DNA of 64,000 nucleotides from Escherichia coli (GTDB lineage Bacteria; Pseudomonadota; Gammaproteobacteria; Enterobacterales; Enterobacteriaceae): NCBI RefSeq assembly GCF_050920415.1, contig NZ_CP169309.1; one strand, 5' to 3'. Shown piece by piece: positions 56,583 to 64,000 of this stretch (position 1 is its first letter; each line of letters starts with the position of its first letter). The notes under the pieces were generated by a model. It saw only the letters and a program-made list of their open reading frames with translations, ran no database searches and was not told where the DNA came from. The position numbers and the translations under genes were made by a program.

Positions 56583-56825
56583 ATGGCTATCTATATCGAA
56601 ATAACAAAACATTATGAAACTCATGAAAAGGTCGCATATTTATATAGCTGCGACCATATTTCATGGGGAGAATTTCTGATCACCAAAGAAAGTTTTGCGC
56701 TGGAATCCGTGAAAGAACTTAAGGGTGAAAAGCAGAATTTTTATATGTTCAGAGCCTGGGGCAAAGTCAGGAAAACATACTTAGCCACGGGAGAATTTCC
56801 CCTGGAAACATGTTACGCCGCTTAA
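56583..56825 (+). CDS. Hypothetical small protein (80 aa); doubtful
   Basis: ORF 56544..56825 begins inside pepD terminator; only an internal ATG at 56583 is plausible; no clear RBS. Confidence 0.2.
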   Translation: MAIYIEITKHYETHEKVAYLYSCDHISWGEFLITKESFALESVKELKGEKQNFYMFRAWGKVRKTYLATGEFPLETCYAA

Positions 56826-56833
56826 AGTCAGAA

Positions 56834-57373
56834 TCATTTTTTCACGCGTTTTACATTTACCATTTTAGCATTACGCCTGCACCACATAGCAATGGCGGCA
56901 GCTACTAATGCCAGTTCCAGTAAAAAAGACCAGTGTAATAAAAAATTGAGCCACCACGGATGATGTACCGCTGTAATATGAAAGAATGCAAATGGCTGGT
57001 TAACGAAAGGCATCAACCACCAGATATCACCGACCAGCGTATCGAGTAATAAATGCGCGATACTATTCAGGCAAAACACCACGCCCAACCACGCCGGAAG
57101 TTTATTCTTCGCAATTGCGGCCCAGACTAATGTCGCCGCCAGCAGAGCAAACCATAATAATGGCCAATGAGACGGGTAAAGATGATGATGTCGTTGCCCG
57201 TTATCCACCAGATAACACCAGAAGAGATCAAAATCGGGTGCAACGGCCCCGACTAAGCCAATAACCATCGCCCACCGCGCATGACGAGAAATCAGCGGTA
57301 GGCGTTTCACTAAAGTACAAGTTATTAAATATCCAGCCGGAAGATGACCGATAAACATGACGAATCCTTTCAT
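56834..57373 (-). CDS. Inner-membrane metal-dependent hydrolase-like protein (YdjM/DUF457-like)
   Basis: 179 aa, 4-5 TM helices, His-rich motifs; 47 nt downstream of prfH without obvious terminator. Confidence 0.6.
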   Translation of the reverse strand: MKGFVMFIGHLPAGYLITCTLVKRLPLISRHARWAMVIGLVGAVAPDFDLFWCYLVDNGQRHHHLYPSHWPLLWFALLAATLVWAAIAKNKLPAWLGVVFCLNSIAHLLLDTLVGDIWWLMPFVNQPFAFFHITAVHHPWWLNFLLHWSFLLELALVAAAIAMWCRRNAKMVNVKRVKK

Positions 57374-57420
57374 TTTTGCCCGCCGCTTTCACGAAGAAAA
57401 CGGCGGGTGACATTCCTCAA

Positions 57421-58035
57421 TTACACAGCGATAAAAGCCATCCCTGTAAACGTCCGTCGCGGGTTGCCACGTTCAATCTGGTGATGGAACATTCGCCGCT
57501 GCGATTTCAGCGCCGCGCTATTTTCCTGTCGCTGTTGTTCCAGCTTCCAGGCAATCAGTAATCGCGCCAGCCGTTTGTTAGCATGCTGACTGCGCTCTGA
57601 CTGAACCTTCACCCTAATACCGGATGCCAGATGCGTGGCGCGCACAGCCGAGTCGGTTTTATTGACATGTTGACCGCCCGGCCCCGACGAACGCAGCGTC
57701 TCATAATGGATCGCATCGGATTGCTCCTGCTCATCTGCAGTAAAACGCCCAATGCCCAGAAACCAGTTTTTGCGCCCATGATGAGGGCGATACGGACTCG
57801 GACAAATCCACTGGATAGTGCCACACCAGCTTTCGCTTAGTGCCCATGCGTTGTCGCCATCAAGTGAAACCAGCGCCGAACGTAGTGTGTCAGAGTAGCG
57901 ACCCGTTTCTGTTTCCAGCACCGTTACCGCGACGTCTTGTCGGGCAGCTTCTTTAATCAGCCTGTCCAGTGCCTTTTTCACTGCGAGACAACATTCTTCC
58001 GGTCCCTGAGCTGAGGAGAGTTGTAGCAAGATCAT
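57421..58035 (-). CDS. prfH: Peptide chain release factor homolog PrfH (class-I RF-like, GGQ motif)
   Basis: Start at [15 protein letters not shown] (overlaps rtcB stop, ATGA); [12 protein letters not shown] motif; 204 aa. Confidence 0.85.
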   Translation of the reverse strand: MILLQLSSAQGPEECCLAVKKALDRLIKEAARQDVAVTVLETETGRYSDTLRSALVSLDGDNAWALSESWCGTIQWICPSPYRPHHGRKNWFLGIGRFTADEQEQSDAIHYETLRSSGPGGQHVNKTDSAVRATHLASGIRVKVQSERSQHANKRLARLLIAWKLEQQRQENSAALKSQRRMFHHQIERGNPRRTFTGMAFIAV

Positions 58036-59171
58036 CCTTTTTTCCCTCCACTGTTTTTGAGCGTCAGCACCGGACGCAGTCGCGCGACAGGAATAATTAA
58101 ACCGGCCTGCACCAGACATTGCACCACACTTTCAGCCGATTTATAGGCTTGTGGCGCTTCTTCAAAGATGAGTTGTTTATCGCGACAAATTACCCGGCTG
58201 CCAAGTTCAGTACGTGAGAGCTGCGTCGCTGTGTATTTCGCTGCCAGACGCCCTTTACACTCGGTGCGCCCCCATTTACGCCCTGCCCCATGCGCCAGCG
58301 AGTGGAGCGTTTTTTCGTTCGCAACAGGCTTAACCAGCCAGGAGTAATCACCGCGTGAACCGGGAATAATCACCAGACCGTTGTCATCCGGCGTAGCCCC
58401 TTTACGGTGTAACCATCCTTGTTGATCGCCGATTCGACATGCGCTAACAAAGTTATGCGCCACATCCAGAACCGAATTTCCGTTGGCCTTAACTTGTTGC
58501 ATTATGCGCAAAGCGATCAGCTGGCGATTAATACGCGCAAACGCCAGCGCATCATCATGTTCCGCAATATAACTTAGCGCGTCGTCACTGCCTTCAGGCA
58601 AACCATGATGCGAAAACGAGGCAATATGCCGCTGTAAAATAGACTGCCCTAAACCACGCGAGCCGCTATGGACCAGCAGTTGCAGATGCTGCGCATCCAG
58701 ACCTGACAGTGCAAACAGTTCAGCGTCGATAATTTGATCAACTTGTTGCAGTTCTGCGAAGTGGTTTCCGCCACCGATAGAGCCAAGCGCGCAGCGCCAC
58801 GGATGCTGTGCAAACGCTGACGGCAGGTTTTCCTCCAGCCAGCTTTCTTCAGCAACGTCATCCAGCACAGATAATCGCTTTTCAAACTTATCGGCGTTGT
58901 ATTTACGCGCGAGAATATCTGTTTGCCATAGCGCCATGCCGCAGCCGATATCATTGCCGACCAGTGCCGGGTAAAAACGGCCTACGGAGAAGAACGCTGC
59001 GCCAATCGGATAGCCGCGTCCGGGGTGTAAATCTGGCATCCCTACTACGCGTTGCATGTCGGGTAAATTTGCCGTGATGTGTAATTGTTGGATCGCTGAA
59101 CTCTCGATCCACAGGTCATCAGATGCAATGGTAAATACCGCATCGGATAAGGGACGAATATATTTGCCCAT
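58032..59171 (-). CDS. rtcB2: RtcB-family RNA ligase paralog (RtcB2) paired with PrfH
   Basis: 379 aa; RtcB metal-binding His/Cys motifs ([21 protein letters not shown]); translationally coupled to prfH. Confidence 0.8.
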   Translation of the reverse strand: MGKYIRPLSDAVFTIASDDLWIESSAIQQLHITANLPDMQRVVGMPDLHPGRGYPIGAAFFSVGRFYPALVGNDIGCGMALWQTDILARKYNADKFEKRLSVLDDVAEESWLEENLPSAFAQHPWRCALGSIGGGNHFAELQQVDQIIDAELFALSGLDAQHLQLLVHSGSRGLGQSILQRHIASFSHHGLPEGSDDALSYIAEHDDALAFARINRQLIALRIMQQVKANGNSVLDVAHNFVSACRIGDQQGWLHRKGATPDDNGLVIIPGSRGDYSWLVKPVANEKTLHSLAHGAGRKWGRTECKGRLAAKYTATQLSRTELGSRVICRDKQLIFEEAPQAYKSAESVVQCLVQAGLIIPVARLRPVLTLKNSGGKKG

Positions 59172-59488
59172 GTATCATTCCATTTATACTCGTCATACTT
59201 CAAGTTGCATGTACTGCGACTGCGTTCGTTCACCCCAGTCACTTACTTTAGTAAGCTCCTGGGGATTCACTCGCTTGTCGCCTTCCTGCAACTCGAATTA
59301 TTTAGAGTATATAAATATAAAAATCAGGAAATGGCAGACGAATCCAGGGCAAGAAAAAAAGAATTAATCCTGGAAAGGTCTGCAAAGAGTCATTGATAAA
59401 GGATTTTTCATGATTTACCTCCTTGCAGTTTGTGGAATAAGAAAACGCGCACATATTAGGCGGGCGTTATTTTCATTGCAAGCTGGAT

Positions 59489-59941
59489 TTAGTGTTGCGG
59501 TTTATATCGCATATGAAAATTAGTAAACCACGCTCCCCGGCATTCAACGCGCTGCTGCTTAACTGTCTGAAAACCATAACGTTCAAAAAAGGGTTTTGCG
59601 GTTATGCTGGCGTCCACCGTAAGTTCGGATTCAGACTTAATCAAAGGTTTTAACAAAGCGCTGGCAACCCCACGGCGGGTATATTCAGGGTCAACAAATA
59701 ACATATCGATATAATGTTCAATGCGGGAAATAAAACCAACCGGTTGTGCATTAATCACAGCAACCCGCACTTGTGATTTCGCGAGTTTCTCTTTCCATCG
59801 ATGTTCATCAATCTGCGCCCAGGCGGCAATTTGTTGTGGTGAATAATGCTGACTGGCGGTCATCGTAACCGCTCTAATAAAAATAGCGCATAGTTGCTGA
59901 AAATCGCCAGGCTGATAGTCTCTTATTTGTATATTATTCAT
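59489..59941 (-). CDS. yafP: GNAT-family acetyltransferase
   Basis: 150 aa; start overlaps dinB stop (ATGA). Confidence 0.85.
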   Translation of the reverse strand: MNNIQIRDYQPGDFQQLCAIFIRAVTMTASQHYSPQQIAAWAQIDEHRWKEKLAKSQVRVAVINAQPVGFISRIEHYIDMLFVDPEYTRRGVASALLKPLIKSESELTVDASITAKPFFERYGFQTVKQQRVECRGAWFTNFHMRYKPQH

Positions 59942-60993
59942 AATCCCAACACCAGTTGTCTTTCCATTTGCGGATCCAGCAACGTCACATGCAGCCCCAC
60001 CAGCCGCACACCGCGCCCGCCACGGCGTTCATCCCAGGTTTTACGCGCAGTGGCGATCAAGTCAGCTTTATTCAGCCGCGGCCAGACGTGTTCCTGAGTG
60101 GTTTGCTGAAAATCGTCGAACTTTAATTTCACCCCCTGGCGGGCAATCAGCAAATCAGGTTTTACCTTTGCCAGACGGCGTTCAAGTTCCGGATACAACC
60201 GCTCGATAATCGCTTCACATTCAGACCAATGATGAATATCTTCCGCCATCGTGCGTTCCACACCAACGGATTTTCGCAACCTTTCGCTGTTAACGTCGCG
60301 CTCGTCAATGCCCTGGCTACGCTCCCACAAAATGCGGCCAAATTTGCCAAAGCGTTTAAGCAACGTCACCAGATCACACTTTTGTACATCGCCACAGGTT
60401 CGTAGCCCCATCGCTTCCAGTTTTGCCGCCGAGACTTTGCCGACACCGGGAATTTTTGCCAGCGGTAAGGTTTGCAGAAATGCCGGAACTTCTGCCGGCG
60501 TAATCACAAACTGACCGTTGGGTTTATTCATGTCTGAGGCGATTTTGGCGAGAAACTTGACCGGCGCAACGCCCGCAGACGCCGTCAGTTGCAGCTCGTT
60601 GAAGATCGTCTGGCGGATTTCCTGAGCGATAAGGGTCGCAGAGCCGTGGCAATGTACGCTGTCGGTGACGTCGAGATAAGCTTCATCCAGCGACAACGGC
60701 TCAATACGCGATGTGTAGCGAGAGAAGATTTCGCGGATATGATTTGACGCTTCTTTGTAGGCGTCAAAGCGCCCTGGAAGCAAGGTGAGATGCGGACACA
60801 GTTTGAGCGCCATGCCGGTTGGCATTGCGCTACGCACGCCAAATTTACGCGCGGGATAATTGGCGGTGCTGATCACCCCCCGGCGTTCGCGGCTGCCGCC
60901 AATAGCAATAGGGATATCGCGCAGGGCGGGATTGTCGCGCATCTCCACCGCGGCGAAAAAGCAGTCCATATCCACATGAATGATTTTACGCAT
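59938..60993 (-). CDS. dinB: DNA polymerase IV (Y-family translesion polymerase)
   Basis: 351 aa, [17 protein letters not shown]. Confidence 0.95.
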   Translation of the reverse strand: MRKIIHVDMDCFFAAVEMRDNPALRDIPIAIGGSRERRGVISTANYPARKFGVRSAMPTGMALKLCPHLTLLPGRFDAYKEASNHIREIFSRYTSRIEPLSLDEAYLDVTDSVHCHGSATLIAQEIRQTIFNELQLTASAGVAPVKFLAKIASDMNKPNGQFVITPAEVPAFLQTLPLAKIPGVGKVSAAKLEAMGLRTCGDVQKCDLVTLLKRFGKFGRILWERSQGIDERDVNSERLRKSVGVERTMAEDIHHWSECEAIIERLYPELERRLAKVKPDLLIARQGVKLKFDDFQQTTQEHVWPRLNKADLIATARKTWDERRGGRGVRLVGLHVTLLDPQMERQLVLGL

Positions 60994-61009
60994 TGCTCAC
61001 CTCTCAATA

Positions 61010-61025
61010 CTGGTAAAGTATACAG
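61010..61025. promoter_or_regulatory. LexA box (SOS operator) upstream of dinB
   Basis: CTGTATACTTTACCAG on the dinB strand (CTG-N10-CAG), 17 nt upstream of ATG. Confidence 0.8.
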
Positions 61026-61063
61026 TGATTTCAGAGTTTGAGAAATGCGTAAAGATTCAGCAT

Positions 61064-61987
61064 TTAACGCGTTCGCTGCGAAAGCACCTGCTGCTTATCC
61101 AGCTTTTTCACCAACGGCTGCACCACCTTATCCCCATGCTGACCAAAATATTGATACAACGTATCGGACGCGCTTTTGGTGAGCACCATAATCTCAATGC
61201 GCCGGTTACCCGCGCTTTGCGGATTTTTGGCATCCAGCAGCATCTGGTCCGCCATCGCGCTCACCTGCATTACTTTATCTTCCGGCATCCCGGCGTCTTC
61301 CAGCACCCGACGGGCCGAGAGCGCGCGGTCACCCGAAAGGTTCCAGTTGTTGTAGATATTGCTTTTATAGGCCATCGCATCGGTATGCCCGGTAATAATA
61401 ATTTTGTTATCGAGCGAGTCGAATACCGGCGCGAGCTCCACCAGCAGCGTTTTAAAGAACGGCATAATCTTCGCGCTGCCGCGTTCAAACATATTGCGGT
61501 TCTGGTCATCTTTAATCAGCACGCGTAATCCCTGCGGAACAATCTCCATCTCCAGATTGGCTTCCATATGCGCATCGCGGGCGATGGTGTTGATACTGGT
61601 CGCCAGCTCGCCAAGCTCAGTGGCGGACTTCTTCTTCAGTAGCGCCGTTTTCTCGTTGACGTCGCGGGCTTTTTTCTCCGTCTCTTCCGGCACCGCCACG
61701 GTGGCAGGTTTCAGCGGATGCGTCGGGCTGATTTTATTTAACGGCGATAGCCCGCCGCCGTTGAAAATCGACTGCCCGTGCAGCGCGGCGATAATGCTTT
61801 CACGCTCGGATTTACTGACGCTGTTGACAATCCACAGCGTCATAAACAGCGCCATCATTGCCAAAGTAAAGTCGGCGAACGCCACCTTCCACGCCCCGCC
61901 GTGATGCCCGGCATGATTCTTTTTGATCTGCCGCCGGACGATGGTGGTTTTTGCCCCTCGCTCGCGGCGGTTGCCCGTCTTCCTCAT
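61064..61987 (-). CDS. lafU: Lateral-flagella (Flag-2) stator protein, MotB-like with OmpA-type domain
   Basis: Start at MRKTGNRR overlapping lafT stop; single TM then peptidoglycan-binding domain. Confidence 0.75.
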   Translation of the reverse strand: MRKTGNRRERGAKTTIVRRQIKKNHAGHHGGAWKVAFADFTLAMMALFMTLWIVNSVSKSERESIIAALHGQSIFNGGGLSPLNKISPTHPLKPATVAVPEETEKKARDVNEKTALLKKKSATELGELATSINTIARDAHMEANLEMEIVPQGLRVLIKDDQNRNMFERGSAKIMPFFKTLLVELAPVFDSLDNKIIITGHTDAMAYKSNIYNNWNLSGDRALSARRVLEDAGMPEDKVMQVSAMADQMLLDAKNPQSAGNRRIEIMVLTKSASDTLYQYFGQHGDKVVQPLVKKLDKQQVLSQRTR

Positions 61988-61989
61988 GC

Positions 61990-62853
61990 TTATTCTTGCT
62001 CCAGCATCGCATTCACCCACGCGTCGAGGTTGGCGAAAGTCGGTTTTGACGCCAGATGCAGCAGCTTACGCCCGGCATCCACCGCCAGCAGCGTCGGTTT
62101 GCCGCCCGCCTGCGCCACCAGCACGGTACGCACGCACTCCAGCAGCGAATGTTCCGCCCGCGCCTGCTGTTCCATGGCGTTGGCGAGCGGGTCCATCAGG
62201 CAGTAGCAGATAAAGACGCCTAAAAACGTCCCCACCAGCGCCGCCGCCACTTTCAGGCCAATCAGGGCGATAGAGCCGTCAATCGACTGCATGGTGATGA
62301 TGATGCCGAGCACTGCCGCGCAAATGCCAAACCCCGGCATCGCTTCGGCGGTACGTTGCAATGAGCGCGACGGCGTGAGCAGCGACTCTTCGGCGGTGTC
62401 CAGCTCCTGATCGAGAATGCCTTCCAGTTCATGGGCGTCGATTTTGCCCATCGCCATCAGGCGAAAGTTATCGGCAATAAAAGTCACCAGCCGCTTCTGG
62501 GTTAATATCAGCGGGTATTTCTGGAAAATGGTGCTCTCTTCCGGCTGCTCGATATGCTGATCCAGCATACGCAGGCCGCCGTTTTGCACCATTTCGAGCA
62601 ACTCATACAGACACATTAAAAGCTGACGCTGAAACTCCGGCCCGAGCTGTTTTTTACTGATCACGCCTTTAATTTGATGGGCAATCTCTTTCAGCACATG
62701 TTTTGGGTTACCAATAATCATCGCCCCGAAACCCGCGCCTAAAATAATGATCATTTCCGCCGGTTGCCAGATAGCGACTAATTGTCCACCGGCTTCAAAA
62801 TATCCGCCAAATACGCAGCCGAGCACCACCAGTAAACCTAATATTTTTTGCAT
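61990..62853 (-). CDS. lafT: Lateral-flagella stator protein, MotA-like proton channel
   Basis: 287 aa, 4 TM MotA/TolQ/ExbB-type. Confidence 0.75.
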   Translation of the reverse strand: MQKILGLLVVLGCVFGGYFEAGGQLVAIWQPAEMIIILGAGFGAMIIGNPKHVLKEIAHQIKGVISKKQLGPEFQRQLLMCLYELLEMVQNGGLRMLDQHIEQPEESTIFQKYPLILTQKRLVTFIADNFRLMAMGKIDAHELEGILDQELDTAEESLLTPSRSLQRTAEAMPGFGICAAVLGIIITMQSIDGSIALIGLKVAAALVGTFLGVFICYCLMDPLANAMEQQARAEHSLLECVRTVLVAQAGGKPTLLAVDAGRKLLHLASKPTFANLDAWVNAMLEQE

Positions 62854-62865
62854 GATTTCTTCACT

Positions 62866-63582
62866 TTAATTCGGATAGACAAAATCACGAATTTTCTGCG
62901 CGATCTGTTTATTCAGTTGACAAATTCGGGCCTCGGTTAGCCCTAATACCAGCGCAATTTCTTTGAGATTCATCTCATGCTGGTAATACATGGCGAGGAT
63001 CAGTTGCTCTTTTTCACTTAATTGTGAAAGCGCCTGTTGCAGCATTTGCTGAGTAATAAACTGATCTTCCAGTTCCCTGCCAGCAAGCGGAATGCCAGGC
63101 CCTTCGCCGTTCAGCAGTTCGTCAAGGCTGGCGAGCGTTTCCGCTCCTTCCAGTTGCTGATATTCGAGATAATCTTCATGCGAAATCCCTTCCACAGCCA
63201 GTTCTGACCACTCCGGTTCGTGCCCCAGTTTCTTACGCGTTTCGCGTATCAGGTCTTTCATCTGATGATATTTCTGCCGCAGCTGGCGCGGTCGCCAGTC
63301 GAGAGCGCGCAGCTCATCCAGGATCGCACCGCGAATACGGTGCACAGCATAGCCCGCAAAACCTTCATCCGGCAGCCCGTAGCGGCGAATGGCGTTAAGC
63401 AGCCCCATTAACGCCGTTTGTTCCATATCCTGACGGTCAATAATGCAGTTACATTGCGGGGCAAGTTGCCGCACCACTTTACGCACCAACGGTAAATAGG
63501 CCTGCAAATAGTGGCTCTCCTGCTGCGCGGTTAATACCGGCGCGGCAGCAAATTCTTCTGACTCGAATACGTCCTGTAGCAT
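62866..63582 (-). CDS. lafS: FliA-type sigma-28 factor of Flag-2 system
   Basis: 238 aa, sigma-70 regions 2 and 4. Confidence 0.75.
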   Translation of the reverse strand: MLQDVFESEEFAAAPVLTAQQESHYLQAYLPLVRKVVRQLAPQCNCIIDRQDMEQTALMGLLNAIRRYGLPDEGFAGYAVHRIRGAILDELRALDWRPRQLRQKYHQMKDLIRETRKKLGHEPEWSELAVEGISHEDYLEYQQLEGAETLASLDELLNGEGPGIPLAGRELEDQFITQQMLQQALSQLSEKEQLILAMYYQHEMNLKEIALVLGLTEARICQLNKQIAQKIRDFVYPN

Positions 63583-63601
63583 ATTTATATCCGCCTGGTG
63601 A

Positions 63602-64000
63602 TTACTGGAAGACCACTTTTTTCACCAGTAAATCCTTATACGGTGCGCTCATTTTGCGACGCTGAAGATCTTGCTTTAGCGCATCAGAAATCAGTTTGCG
63701 GATGGCAGATATTTTCATGCCACGCAAATCTTCAAATTTCATTTCCGTCAGGCATTCAACTGCAATACTTTGATACAGCGGTTCCTGATGTTTTATTTTT
63801 TCCGCCTCTTTGTCACTGGCGACCACCATGACTAACTCCGCCGACAAATAATGATCCGCGCCGTTGTTGTCATGCAGCGTGACAATGGTTTCCGGTAAGG
63901 TCACAAATACACTTTTGCTCTCATCCAGAGTTTCCACGGATTCCGTCTGCGCGGCGGCAGTCGGTTTTCCTTTTCCGGCATAGTGATGCCAGACTCCCCA
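63602..64000 (-). CDS. lafF: FliL-like flagellar basal-body protein, N-terminus beyond window edge
   Basis: Reading frame stays open to base 64000 upstream of the listed ORF start. Confidence 0.55.
   Translation of the reverse strand, partial: WGVWHHYAGKGKPTAAAQTESVETLDESKSVFVTLPETIVTLHDNNGADHYLSAELVMVVASDKEAEKIKHQEPLYQSIAVECLTEMKFEDLRGMKISAIRKLISDALKQDLQRRKMSAPYKDLLVKKVVFQ

Overview
This window reads as an Escherichia coli-type chromosomal segment, in reverse orientation relative to the K-12 map, identified by reading the supplied ORF translations and the DNA directly (no database search was run). Gene order: partial IS2 (window edge) -> large AIDA-I-type autotransporter (EhaA-like) -> betT / betIBA -> ykgGFE (LutABC-like) -> rclR / rclABC -> aldo-keto reductase and AraC/GyrI regulator -> intact intimin-like adhesin fdeC (eaeH) -> ykgR, Zur-box, ykgM-ykgO (zinc-independent L31/L36 paralogs) -> ecpRABCDE pilus operon -> ykgJ, yagU -> paoABCD aldehyde oxidoreductase -> small variable island (MFS transporter, Cys-type alpha/beta hydrolase, two LysR regulators, SDR, DUF1471 protein) -> intact tRNA-Thr (thrW) with no prophage -> proAB, phoE, crl, frsA, gpt, pepD -> intact rtcB2-prfH pair plus a membrane hydrolase -> yafP-dinB (no yafNO between them) -> tail of a lateral-flagella (Flag-2) cluster (lafU, lafT, lafS, partial lafF at the window edge). 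No CRISPR array, integrase or phage module is visible. The most notable points are the intact RtcB2-PrfH module, a decayed second copy of the ykgR...ykgO locus 19 kb away forming direct repeats around ecp-pao, a remnant of an NTP-transferase gene fused to the end of paoD, and several loci that are intact here but disrupted in K-12. Most are known biology; I did not find a clearly undescribed system, and the variable island and repeat remnants are the least explained parts. Gene names rest on recognition of the protein sequences and synteny; start codons were adjusted by eye using RBS context.
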